Source: Carcharhinus longimanus (Eukaryota). Taken from it: DNA of 64,000 nucleotides. This document shows positions 24,946-37,609 of the stretch, one piece after another. Numbering within the stretch: the first letter of the stretch is position 1; the number at the start of each line of letters is the position of its first letter. Under the pieces are notes generated by a model. The model was not told the origin of the DNA, did not search any database, and saw only the letters and a list, made by a program, of their open reading frames with translations. The stretch is taken from positions 91,686,612 to 91,750,611 of the forward strand of contig JASCQW010000162.1 in the NCBI GenBank assembly GCA_030264375.1. Direction: 5' to 3'. Both the position numbers and the translations under genes were made by a program.

Positions 24946-26049
24946 AATATATCAACAATTGCTACAGGGTTGATGGGAGGGCAGAAGGGAAGTGGTCTGC
25001 TTCTGGAACACATGAGAATTTGTTGTCAGTGGCCCTGACTTATCGTATGCTAAAGGAGCCTGGATTTGCCCAAGTTGTGGAATGCTTGTGCTGAAAGAAA
25101 GTTTTAAAGCTAAAGGGAAATACTTTCCAAACAGCAGATAGACAAAATGCTAGAAAATATGCCAGATGCAGCATGAGAAATAATTAAACCGTTCTTATTA
25201 TTATTTGAACTATTTTCTAACTATTTTACGAATCTTTGCTCAGTTCTCTAATCCAGATGGAAATCTTTATAACCTAACTGAATAAATAGTACTTTTCCAA
25301 ACTGTCCATTATCATATGTAATGTTGCAAACAATGGATTTGTGCATTGTGACATCAGCGCTCTGATCAGAGCCCCCAAGTTATGAAATATCACAACAAAC
25401 TCTTCAAGGTAATGTTTTCAAGTTATTGTGGTACTATCTAATGCTTTTTGTTGTTTATAATTCTTTGGTGATATTATCCATTCTGCAGTTTGTTAGAACA
25501 CTGTTTAAAATCCTCAAGGGACTTATCTTGAAATAAATTTAGCTGCAGAAGACATTAGAGAGCGGTTCAAGTTTCAAAGTGCAATTTGCGTCATCCATAC
25601 TCCCTCTTGAGCATATCTTCACACCCATACTTCCTTTTGGGGAACAGTGATTATCAGCCCATTGAACCATGTTAAATGCTCCCTCTGTGACCAACAAGTT
25701 CTGGTGGTGGATCTGAACCTGGAGCTTCTGGGCTAGAGGTGGGGGAAGCTACCAATACCCCACATGGCCCCTTGCATTATCCATCTGTGCCACTTTGACC
25801 TAGCAATGCTAAAATACTGGTTCAAACAGGTTTTATTCAATACAAAGATATCTACTTAATTTGACTAAGACGCCAGTTGTATGGGATGCCAGTAGGTATT
25901 TATTGCAGACTGTTGAACAGAATGTAGCTTTATCAAAACACTTCGTACATCTCCACAATACAAGAATCTACAACTCCCTTTTTCAAAAGATGCTGAAACT
26001 AAGCTTTCAACTACAGAAATTTATGGATCTATCGTTCAAGGTCATAATC

Positions 26050-27065
26050 TTTAACAGGCTCAGCTTTATTGTAAAATCCTTGGATTCAGCCTTTCTCCCA
26101 ATCTCTTTGTACTGACTGGCCAATAGCAACTGACTGAATGTGGGTTTCTATTTTGGGCAGAACAAGATCCTTGTTGCATTTTAACTTGAACTTCTTTCAT
26201 CTTTCCTCAGTTCATCCCTTCACATTTGGCATTGTTCTTCTTCCTATTCTTAACACCCTCTTTAAAGTAAGGGGATCAGAATTGTATACAGTGTAAAACA
26301 TGTAGGTTTACAATGCATCTCTCTGGCTACAGATCACAACATTGTATTTCTTTCTCAACTGTTTCTCTGCACTCTTGTCAGTTTTGAAAGTACTGGATCT
26401 GTCATCACTGCCAGACCTCATTCAGAGTCTCACTCTACTAATTCAGTTACTTACACTGTTCACCAATGTTTCTCATTATCTTTTCCACTTTAGTACTGAA
26501 GCTGATTTACCTGTTGTCTACCAATTGTGTTGCAGATCTAAACTCTTCTGCCACTGTTTCGTATATCCTGTATTGTTACTGTGCTCCTTTTTTTAAGATA
26601 TCAGAAAAAAAATGACAAGTTCAGAACTGTATTTTTCCAACCACTTTTTTTTGCATTCAAAAGGAAATATCAGTGATTCAAGCAGTGACTAAACGTATTA
26701 CCTCAACCAATCTGACAGCACCTCTTAAAGAAATATTTCCACCCTACTCATTGAATTTATTATTCAGCATCTCATTCCACCCTGGATTCCTACAAACTGA
26801 AGTCATTAATGTGGAACTTTGTCAAGCACCTACTGGAAGTCCCAATTTATATTGTTTGGACATCCATCACTTATTTTATTTAAAATGTTCTAAAATAATT
26901 TGAAGAAATTTATCAAACAGAATTGATCTTTCCTATGTCCACAATGACATCTTAGTCAGATCCTCCCTCAGCCCTACTTTTTACCATAGTTTCACTTATT
27001 TACCTGGTATTGATGTGAGGCAAATAAACCTGTGGTTGCATGGGTCTGATTTATCCCCTGAATAT
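26050..27065 (-). mobile_element. Highly decayed CR1 RT
   Basis: Minus-strand DF...DKVPH-like (26810-26850) and N.R..CLTS-like (27010-27045) motifs. Confidence 0.6.
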
Positions 27066-27079
27066 AAATACTGGCACAT

Positions 27080-27298
27080 CGGAGACTTAAGATAAGAGGT
27101 AGAATGCTAAAAGGATGACTAAATCACAAACTCTCATATAATTTAAGAAGCATTTAGATATTCACTTGCACTGCCATAACCTCCAGAGTAAAGTTCCAAG
27201 CACTTGAAATTGGGATTAATCTAGTCAAATCTTTGTTGACCAGTATGGGCATGATGGGCTGAATGACCTTCTATGCTGTAAACATCAATGAATCCATA
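27080..27298 (+). mobile_element. CR1 3' tail
   Basis: atttaagaagcatttagat..cacttg...gatgggctgaatgaccttct; homologous to the tail at 51275-51625. Confidence 0.65.
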
Positions 27299-27520
27299 AA
27301 GTTTTAATACAAAAAATAAAGTATTTATTCCAACAAGAAAAACTATGTTACACTGGACAAAAATGTTGGCACTCTCTCAATATAAACACAAGAAGATAAT
27401 TTAAATTCCCACTATTCCTTTAGCCCAGTAATATATTTACAGGCACAAAAACCAGAGACGAATTACCATTGGGTTAATACAAAAGTCTCTTGTTTACGGA
27501 CAGATTTCTTCTGGCAAATC

Positions 27521-28290
27521 CATAGAAACATCGAAAATAGGTGCAGAAATAGACATTTGTTCTTTCGAGCCTGCATCACCATTCAGTATGGAGATGGCTG
27601 ATCATGCACTTTCAGTATCCCACTCCCGCTTTCTTTCCATATCCTTTGATCCCTTTAGCCACAAGAGCCACTTCCAGCTCCCTCTTGAATATATCTAACA
27701 AACCGGTCCCAACAGCTTTCTGTGGTGCAGAATTCCACAGATTCACAACTCTCTGAGATAAATTCTTCCTCATCTCAGTTCTGAGAGACTCACCCCTTAT
27801 TTTTAGACTGTGACCCCTATTTCTGGCATGTTCTTCCCACACCTAGCCTGTCCAGTCCCATCAGGATTTTATATCTTTCTTTGAGATCCCCTCCCGTATC
27901 ATTTTTCTAAATTCGAGTGAGTACTAGCCCAGTCAATCCAGTCTTTCCTCATATGTTCGTCCTGCCATTTCGGGAATCAGCCTGATGAATATTCATTGGA
28001 CTCCCTCAATAGCAAGAATGCCCTTCCTCAGACTGGGAGATCAAACTGCGCACAAACTCAAGGTGTGGCCTCACCAAGGCCCTGTATAATTTCAGTGAAT
28101 CATCCCTATTCCTATACGCAAAACCTCTTGCTATGAAGGCTAGCATGCCATTAGCTTTCCTCACTGCCTACTGTATTTGCATGCCAACCTTCAGCAACTG
28201 TTCCACCTTGGCACCCAGGCCACGATGCACTTCCCCTTTTCCAAAATTGCCAGCATTCCAACAATAATCTTCGTTCCTGTTTTTAACCAC
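27521..28290 (-). mobile_element. CR1 3' end
   Basis: RNRGHSLKIRG...RVVNLWNS...GIKGYG; tail ending in atgtttctatg. Confidence 0.9.
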
Positions 28291-28635
28291 ATTCCTGAGC
28301 AGTCACTTGATGCTTCTTACCCATCTCTCCCTGAGACATCCAAAAACCCCACTCTAAATTCACTGATTCTTCAACCACAGAGCAAACAATTGAATTCCCT
28401 CAGTCTTCCAGTAGCACCTTTGCTGAACTGAACACTTTACTGAGTCCTATAACTGATTATTAAGTTATTCTCCCAATAACTTTGTAGTTTCTGTCCTCCT
28501 CAGGGTGTAAAATTCCCATCTTTCTCTCTGACACACACATTTAACCATTCCTCTCTCGACTCTTGTCTTTTTTTGTGTCTTTGTTGCTGGATCACTGTGG
28601 CTAGGCAACAGCAAAGCCTTCTTTTTTGGTTTATC

Positions 28636-28943
28636 TTCACAACACCAGGAACCCTGGCTCAATTCTGGTCTTGGATGACTGTGTGGAGTTTGCACGTTCT
28701 CTCTGGGTCTGCATGGGTTTCCTCTGGGAGATCCAGTCCAAAGATTAGGTCCCAGTTAGGTGGATCTGCTATACTAAATTTCCCCTTAGTGTCCCAAGAT
28801 GCATAGGTTATGGGAATTAACAGGGTAAAAATGTGGAGTTACAGAGATAGGACCTGCATAAGATGTTGTGCCAGACAGTCAGTGCAAACTCGATGGGCTC
28901 AATGGCCTTCTTCTGCACTGTCGGGACTCTGTGATTCTATGAA
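28636..28943 (+). mobile_element. HE1-type V-SINE, 5' degraded
   Basis: V-core tgtgtggagtttgcacgttctc...gggtttcctc; CR1-like tail gatgggctcaatggccttcttctgcactgt. Confidence 0.85.
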
Positions 28944-30135
28944 TTCCTTCTAACACATCTCTTTCACTTAAGGAGTTGTAAGACCTCACTAAAAATGTAT
29001 AAATACAAACAAACACAAAAAACCTTGAACATTTCAGTGACAGCAATGTTCATAAACAGAACCTAAAATGAAACTGAAACTGTTTTACTTTTCTTAACAT
29101 GTGATATACACACACACACAAATTCAACTTAAAATGATACATTGTCCATAACAATAAGCATGCATAAATGTGTGAATGCTGGCTGGTCCATATATCAGCA
29201 GCATCTTGCATGTTCTCCAGAAGAAAACATTTTTTCCTAAATCGACATTTGTTTTGAAGGTGATATAAACTAGCCTAATGTTCAAGAGTACAAGCACAAT
29301 TTTAAGCCAGTTCTCACAGCATCACAGTTTATTTTATGTAATTCTGTCATTGTAATTTTTAACTAATTGGAGTATCATCTTCATGCTTGGTGAAGAAAAG
29401 GTTTGGATTATTAATATAAGTGTGAACCATGTGGCAGCTTACATTATCTCCAGTCAACATTATTATGCAGTATTGTAACACAAGGACCATTAAACATATG
29501 TTAGGAATCAATATTTCCTTCTCAGTCAAGGAATTATTGCAGTGAGTGAAGTTAGACACAGTTCAGTAAGATAAAATATTTCTCTTCCATCCTCACATAA
29601 ATCATCTTGTGATCAGATAGATAGATTGAGACCTGAACAAAATAAGAAAGATGGTTCCATTTTCTCGTAGCCATCTCTCACAGTTTATCATTTCTGAAAA
29701 AGGGTAAGGGTGAACTGGCTTCTGAGTTGTTTTAAATATTTCACTGTTTGGTCACTCAGTAGCTTTTCTGAGAGATACATTTTTAAAATATTTTAAAGCT
29801 TCAGTAGGTGTTTGTGTGATTAACAACCTACTGATGTTCAAGGTGCTGTCTTTGTAACTCTGTTAAGATCAATGTTTAGGCAGATTACTGGAGGAGTTTC
29901 AAAGCAATCAGGTCAGATAAGAACAAACCAGTTCAAAAGGCACTGACATGGGATCCTACACGTACATGTGTACCTGTATTTTGAACCCACTTGTTCATTT
30001 ATGGGATTCATTCCTTATATTCACATGTCAAGATACTCATTTCATTACATCAGTAAGGTCCTGCTTCCACCATGTAAGAGTTAAAAGAGAACCACCATGT
30101 TCTTCTCTGGGTAACTAGATATTGACTAAAAGCTA

Positions 30136-30990
30136 TGGGTACAATATAGCATGCTTGCCACCTTGGTTGATCAGTATGTTGAGCGGGAGCATGCCATGAG
30201 ATGCCAAAAATCTCACTCAGGCCGATTGCTATCCTCCTGGCCCATTTTTATTGCTGAGAACGGCTTCATAGCCAGAAATTACTATATTTAAATATACTTA
30301 CTGGGTTCGGTATGGCTGCTTCCATCCTCGTGGCTACTTACCCACCGGTGTGATGCCGGTGAGACATCACACCTACGAGAATCACTATTGCCCTGCAGTA
30401 GCAGAGGTCAGGTGCCATGGCCGCACCAGTGGGATCAGAGACCATTGAAGCTCCCAGGTGGTCGGGGGCATTGCTGGACTGTGCCCATCAGGCAGTGCCA
30501 GCCTGGTATTGCCCACCTGACATTCTGGCAGTGCTCGTCTGGCACCCTGATAGTTCCCAATTTGGGCATAAGTATGCCAAGATAGTGCCAAGAGGATGGG
30601 GCCAAAGTGTGGGTGGGGCTATGGGGGTTATGCACAATGATGGGGGAGCACTGCAGGGGGATAGTGTGCAAGGGTAGGTATGTGCAAAGGTGGAGCTCTG
30701 CAAGGCGGAATTGTCATCTGGAGGTGGGGAATGCTGGAGCATGAAGGCGATCGGGATGGTAGATCATGTAGGATCTCATCGGGGAGGTTCTGGTGCCCTG
30801 ATGCCAGCGACCTGTGTTGGTGTGGATGGGTGACAATGCTGTGCCGATGGATGTGAGGGGGTGAAAAGCAATCAGATCCCGGAAGGTGAGGGAGGGGGCA
30901 GTTGGGAGGAGGGCTCTTGGTTAACTATCAGATCGGGGTGCCCCTTGCAATGGTGTCTGAGTGCTCTGAGGCCAGCTTCACCAGCGTACT
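30136..30990. mobile_element. GC-rich non-autonomous (MITE-like) element
   Basis: Sharp GC-rich island with tgcca/ggca repeats; several overlapping short ORFs without recognisable motifs. Confidence 0.4.
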
Positions 30991-30999
30991 TAGTTCAAT

Positions 31000-31705
31000 C
31001 AGATGATCGATATGTAGTGGCAGACTTGTAAGGAGCTATTTCAGAACTCTCAACAAAGACATATTCCATTGAGAAATAAAGACTCTACAAGAAGGATGAG
31101 CAATCCATGGCTAACTAAGGAAGCGAGGGATGGCGTCAAACTGAGGGATGTAGAGGCACACAATGCTGTGAAGATTAATAATAGGCCAGAAGTCTGGGAA
31201 ATAATGAGAAACAGTGAATGATGACACATAAAGAAAGATATATTGGATCATAACAATAGACTAATAAGAAATATACAAACATACAGTAAGAGTTTCTTCA
31301 AGTTTATAAAAAAGGAAGAGTGTAACTAAAGTAAACATTGCTTCCTTAGCAAATGAGACTAGGAAACTAATAATGAGAAACAAAGAAATGGCAGAAGATG
31401 AATTTTCAATCTATTTATAGCAAAAGACATTAAGAACACCCCAATAATCGTAGAAAATCAAGGAGCAAAGGGGAGCAAAGAATTTAAAGCAATCAGAGAA
31501 ATAGTACTCAGAAAACTGCATCCAAGTCCAAAGGAAGTGGTTGCAAAGATTTTGGATGCATCGATCGTAATGATTCAAACTTCTCTAGATTCTGAAAATG
31601 TCCCAGCAGATTGAAAAACTGTAAATGTAACAATTCTAATCAAGAAAGAAAGGCGACAGAAAGCAGGACACTATAGACCTGTTAACCTGACATCTGTCAA
31701 TGGGC
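31000..31705 (+). mobile_element. CR1 ORF2 fragment upstream of RT
   Basis: PWLTKE, SKSFFKFIK, VPAD*KTVNVTILIKK, YRPVNLTSV motifs. Confidence 0.8.
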
Positions 31706-32189
31706 TGCAGGTATCATAGCTATCGACTGGTGTCCAGCAGTCCCTTCATGCTACAGTTGTAACACATCACCTTCCCTGCTATCTCTAGTGTATTTTATTT
31801 AATTAATTAGGTTTTCAAGTTTTGAAGTATCACACAATTATTATTTGCTGTTGTATTGAGTAGTTTAACTAATTAAACTTTAAATTTAACACAGTACTTG
31901 TATGCCTCTCTCCGTCATAGTTTAAACTATTGTCTTTATATAGCGAGAAAAATAATGTAAAACCCACCAGTTACCTACCTGCCTCTAGACCTCAGGTCTT
32001 GATTCCTAATGCTCTTCTCATACCGCTCCTTGTTTTTTAATGATATTAAAACCACTCTTCCCTAACTGTGCAGAATTCCTGAGTTCATTACTCTTTAAAA
32101 GCAGTACTCTTAGCTAAATGAACTCAGTGCAACTCTCGTGTGCTTGTTGTGTTTTAACCAGCAAGAATTCCTAAACCTGAATTATAAGT

Positions 32190-33638
32190 AATAATTTAGC
32201 ATTTGGAAGCGGTGATAGGATTTGTCCAAGTCAGAATGGATTCACGAAAGGGGAATCGTGCTTGTCAAATCTTCTGGAATTTGTTGTGGATGTGACCAGT
32301 AGAGTAGGCAAGAGTGAACCAGTGGATCTTATGTATCTGCACTTTCAAAAAGCTTTTGACAAGGTCCCACACAAGATTAGTGAGCAAAATTAAAGCTCAT
32401 GGTATTGGGGGTAATGTATTGATGTGGATAGAGAACTGGTTGGCAGACAGGAAGCAGAGAGTGAGGATAAATGGGTCCTTTTCAGCATGTCAGACAGTGA
32501 CTGGTGGGGCACTGCAGCTGAGACCCCCAGCTGTTCACAATATGTATTAATGATCTGAACAACAGAATTGAGTGCAATATCTCCAGATTTGCAGGCGACA
32601 CTAAGCTAGGTGGTAGCACGTCCTGTGAGGAGGATGCTAAGAGGCTNNNNNNNNNNNNNNNNNNNNNNNNNNNNNNNNNNNNNNNNNNNNNNNNNNNNNN
32701 NNNNNNNNNNNNNNNNNNNNNNNNNNNNNNNNNNNNNNNNNNNNNNTGTGTGCTGTGAGGAGGACGCTAAGAGGCTGCAGGGTGACTTGGACAGGCTGAC
32801 TGAGTGGGCAAATACTTGGCAAATGTAATATAATGTAGATGAATGTGAAGTTATCCACTTTAGTGGCAAAAACAGGAAGGAAAATTATTATCTGAATAGT
32901 GACAGTTTAGGAAAGTGGGAAGTGCAACATGACCTGGGTGTTATGGTGGAAGACTCACTGAAAATTAGCATGCAGGTACAGCAGGCAGTGAGGAAAGCTA
33001 ATAGCATGCTGGCCTTCATAACAAGAGGATATGAATATAGGAGTAGGGAGGTCTTGCTGCAGTTATACAGTGTCTTCGTGAGGCCACACCTTGAATACTG
33101 TGTACAGTTTTGGTCTCCTGATCTGAGGAAGGATATTCATGCTATTCAGGGAGTCCAGCGAATGTTCATCAGACTGATTCCCAGAACGGCAGGACTGACA
33201 TATGAAGAAAGACTGGATCAACTAGGCTCATACTCTGTGGAATTTAGAAGAACGAGAAACATAGAAACATATAAAATCCTGATGGGACTTTACAGACTAG
33301 ATGTGGAAAGAATGCACTTGATGTTGGAGAAGTCCAGAAATAGAGGGTCACAGTCTAAAAATAAGGGGTAAGCCATTCAGGACTGAGATGAGGAAGAACT
33401 TCACTTAGAGAGTTCTGAACCTGTGGAATTCTCCACCACAGAAAACTGTTGGTGCTGGTTTGTTAGATATGTTCAAGGGGGAGCTGGACGTGTTCTTTGT
33501 GGCTAAAGGGATCAATGGGTATGGATAGAAAGCAGGAGTGAGATACCAAAAGTGCATGATCAACCATGATCTTATGGAATAGTGTCGTAGGCTCGAAGGG
33601 CCAAATAGCCTACTCCTGCACCTATTTTGTATGTTTCT
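32190..33638 (+). mobile_element. CR1 RT to 3' end (gap inside)
   Basis: SQNGF, FQKAFDKVPH, KIKAHGI, SRFAGDTKL, VRPHLEYCVQFWSP, 3' tail atgtttct. Confidence 0.92.
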
Positions 33639-36600
33639 CAATCCTGTTGACCAGGAAGCCAGTTCTAACTAGCCACTTCTTTAATTGTGCAGCTCTCCTT
33701 GTCAGGCATCTTGTTTAGCACTGACTAATACATTAAATTTAACTTGCAATCTCTTTCAGAGTTAAGTGATAAATGCTAAAATTAACTAGATTTTAGAAAG
33801 AGATCAACCTGAAATCAAGTTTTCTTCAAGTTAGAAAGGTGCCATGTTATTGCCAAAATGACACCTGAGCCTGGAAGTAAGCCAGAAGTCTTGCCCTGGA
33901 CTGGGCACACAGCATTTTTGCCTGCAGTAATAGGGGATGGGGAGCTGCACATCTACAGAGCAAGTTGCATGTTTAAAAATGCAGCTGTCTTCAAACAGAA
34001 ACAATTTTTATCCCAGGTTTCTGAAAAAAAGGATTCCCAAACTTTTGACATTTGACAGCAAGATCTAAACCTCGCCAGAGTTATTTGGAGAGGTCAGGTA
34101 TTCTTTTGGAAGAGACAGTAAGGTATCCATTTGGGGTTTTAAAGGTTAACATGAATGTGCACAAAGAAGTGGAAAAGGTTTTGAAACTGGCCAACTCACC
34201 CTTTGAATTTTGAAAAAAAATCAGCTAGCTTTAACTGGGAACAAAAATAGTGCTTGCAATTTCAATAAATGATTGTTGACATCAACCTGAGGGCTGTTAT
34301 TATGGAATTAATACTACTTGGACTGCCTTCACAATCAATCACTATCACAGTATGGGACTAGTAAATTCATAGTCCAATTGACTGCTCAGTGAGGTTATAA
34401 CAGGATTAGCTGTCTTTGATATCAAGCTATGAATATAAATGTTTGTTTTTCACAGGGATCAAACACTTGAATGGATTTAGTTGTATTGAATGGGTGGGCT
34501 TTTATCAGTGAGTGTTTTAATATATTTAAAGTCTCCAATAGCCAACTTTATTTTATTCCACACTTTGTTTTATTCCACACAGTCTCCTGAAGTCTGCCCA
34601 TTGTTCCTAAGATAATAAACGTGTTGAAGATAAATATTCAGAATATGTCTATTATGATTATTAAGTTGAAACAGAGACGATACAATATTTCTATAGTTGC
34701 CACACCTATGATGCTGACTGAAAGACATGTAGAATAGAACATGGACAGGATTTGAGATTTGGTATAAAGTGTAAATGGCATTGTTAGAAAAGCATAATTG
34801 CTTTTGTGACAATCACTTTAGGATATTCCTAATTTATGACTAACCAGACAGGATATATTTATGTTGTGTTCAATGTGCCAGTCAGTATTTTCCATGTCGA
34901 ATGGAGGCTGGACATCCTTAAAAGAGCATAGAGATCTGACAAAACATAAGACTGACCTTATAGCAAATACTAGTTCAAGTTCTACTGCAGATATTTATGG
35001 CAACACAGACGAGACCTTATAGACATTGGATATGAGAAATAGATGTCCTCAAACTATATTAGTGTATAATTTATACATGTCAAGTATTTCAATAGTGTGA
35101 TTCACACATTTCTATTGGAGAAAAACTAACTAATTTTCCAAGCACTCAAAGAAAACAATGAGACTTATTCTGAGCCTTTCATTCCTTCAGCAAGAAAACT
35201 CGCAGCAACTGGAGTCGCTGGTTTGACAAATTAAACTTGAAGTTCCAAAAAAGCCAAGGAATGAAGAAAACACAAACAACTTGCTGAGCAAGGAAAACTA
35301 ATATCAAAGCCATTAATTGTTAATTAAAACATGAATAATTAATAAAGATGACCATTAAAAGTGCCAAGCAGCAGTGCTAACGAATAAAACGTTTTCTGCC
35401 TCTTTGCTTAGAAAACAGAGCTTGAGAGAGAGAGAGACAGACTACACCCCAAGACCGGGTGACCAAGGAGAGGAAGGAGACCAGGGCCAAGCTGAGGAGT
35501 TAGGTTTAACTAACAGCAACTTTGTGTTCACCTTTGGTGGCACATACTCTAACCTGGGCTCTGCAGGATTTATATAGAAGTGGGATGGAAATTAGTTGCC
35601 TTTCAGCTTGCATTTTCCTCCTCTGCTGACCCAATGGTTTCTGGAGAGGGAGTGTGTGTGCAAGTGTGTGTCTGCCTCACTCAGTCTCTGTTCTCTCTCT
35701 GACTCAAACATTCTTGCACATATTCATTCCCACACACACAGGTTTGAAAGAGAATATAGAGAGCAGCTGTAATGGGAGTAGCTGGAAGGCAGAGTCATGG
35801 GGCTTTGCCAGAATTTTAAGTGCCAAATTTAAAGGCTACATACTGGAAGATCATATGTACTACCGCTCACTGATCTTGTCAGCTTTCATGAAGCGGCCAA
35901 CTGCAAATGTTCTTTCTCCTTACGCATAGGCTATTTGTAAAATGATCATGATGGTGGCTGCAATCCTCATGAATTCTGACTCTTAAATACTAGGTTGATC
36001 TGAGATTATGAACGGTAATGTGTGGATGCAAGAAATTTGCAAATTGCCTGTTACTTTTCAAAATGAAACCAAGCCTTGGAAGAGAAGACATATGGATTGG
36101 AGGGGAACAGAGCTTTCTCAAATGCAATTTACAATTTTCAATGGACATTAAATTACTTTTTTTTTAACTCTTTGGAGTTTGTGATGCAGGAGTAGTGGGG
36201 ATTGCTTGGAGGTATTACCCTCTAAATGTTGTTGGCTTTCTGAGCTATGCAGGGGTGATTTACGACAGAACATGGCATCAGCAGTCTGAGATAGTCACTT
36301 TACATTGTCTCTTGAATTATGTCATTGGATTGTCAATCTTGCTCCAGATATATCATTTTAATTTAGGAACTGGAACCCTTTAATATATCTATTGGCAGTA
36401 GTCCAACCGACCTTCATTCAAAAAACAGTTTCACTGCTACATCTATTTCTCTCTTTGTCTCAAACTGATTGGAAACATAGATGTAGGCAGAGAGTACCTG
36501 GGATGAAAACACTGGAAACACTCAGCAGGTCAGGCAGCATCTCTGAAGAGAGACCTTTCATCAGGACCATTAGTTATTGTCTGGGTTACTTGTATGCTGA

Positions 36601-36887
36601 TTAAGCAATTTAAAATAAACAACCTTTATTTTTATGTTGTTTCAGCAGGAATACAAATTGTGTTAATGTCAACAAAACAAAACATGAAACATCAACTTCT
36701 GATAGAGCTACACCCAACCTTTAACTTGTCCCTTGTTAAAGATGATGCAAATCTGCATTATTGCAAGAAAGAAGAAAAGAACTGGACATTTATTTAGCAT
36801 CTTCATGACCTCAAGTTTCAAAAACATAGTGTAATGTATTTGCATCAAGGAGCTTGCTCCTTATTTCAAAGTTACCCACATCCAGAA

Positions 36888-37460
36888 AGTGGTGTGGTGG
36901 TAATGTCACTGGACTAGTAATCAGGTTAATTCCCTGTGCCATGGGTTCAAATCTCATCATACCAACATAAGGAATTTAAATTAAATTTGAATTGAACTCC
37001 AATCTCAACAATGGTGACTAAGATATTATTGTTGGTTATTCCAAAAAACTATCTCGTTCATAGAATCCCTACAATGCAGAAGGAAGCCATTCAGTCCATT
37101 GAGCCTGTGCCAACAACAATCCCACCAGGCTCTATCTCTGTAACCCCATATATTTACCCTGCTAACCCCCTGACACCAATGAACAATTTATCATGGCCAA
37201 TCCACCTAATTTGCACATCTTTGGACTAATATCCTTTGAGGGAGGAAATCTGCCACATGTGAGATCCATGAAGTGGAGATGCCGGTGTTGGACGGGGGTA
37301 AGCACAGTAAGGAATCTCACATCACCACATTGAGAGATCCATGGCAATGTGATTGATTCTTATCTGACCTCTGAAGTGGACTAGCAAACAACTCAGTTCA
37401 AGGGAATCGAATGGTCACCTTGCCAGTGATGTCCACATCCCATGAAAAGAATTTGAAAAA
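36888..37460 (+). mobile_element. tRNA-derived SINE with nested HE1 (37058-37226, -) and Penelope-terminus (37268-37328) insertions
   Basis: Head gtggtgtggtggtaatgtcactggactagtaatc, tail gccagtgatgtccacatcccatgaaaagaa; the inserts match the HE1 tail and PLE end seen elsewhere in the window. Confidence 0.8.
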
Positions 37461-37609
37461 TAATGGCAATTCATCTTGATAGAGAGCTTTAAATTAAAAA
37501 AAAAACAGGCATTTCCCCACAAGTTCCTTTTGGATAAATGAAACATTTTAAAACACTGTATTTGATATCTTATTCACTACACAGAACTTTGGGGCAAACA
37601 TTCACGTAT

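Noticed and set aside
32622-32776. Direct repeats on both sides of gaps (also 2692-2815)
   Set aside because: Overlapping contig ends around 100-N placeholder gaps; assembly artefact
34880-35300. Possible Gypsy gag remnant
   Set aside because: Too degraded; only a loose QKENE..RKLA-like pattern across frameshifts
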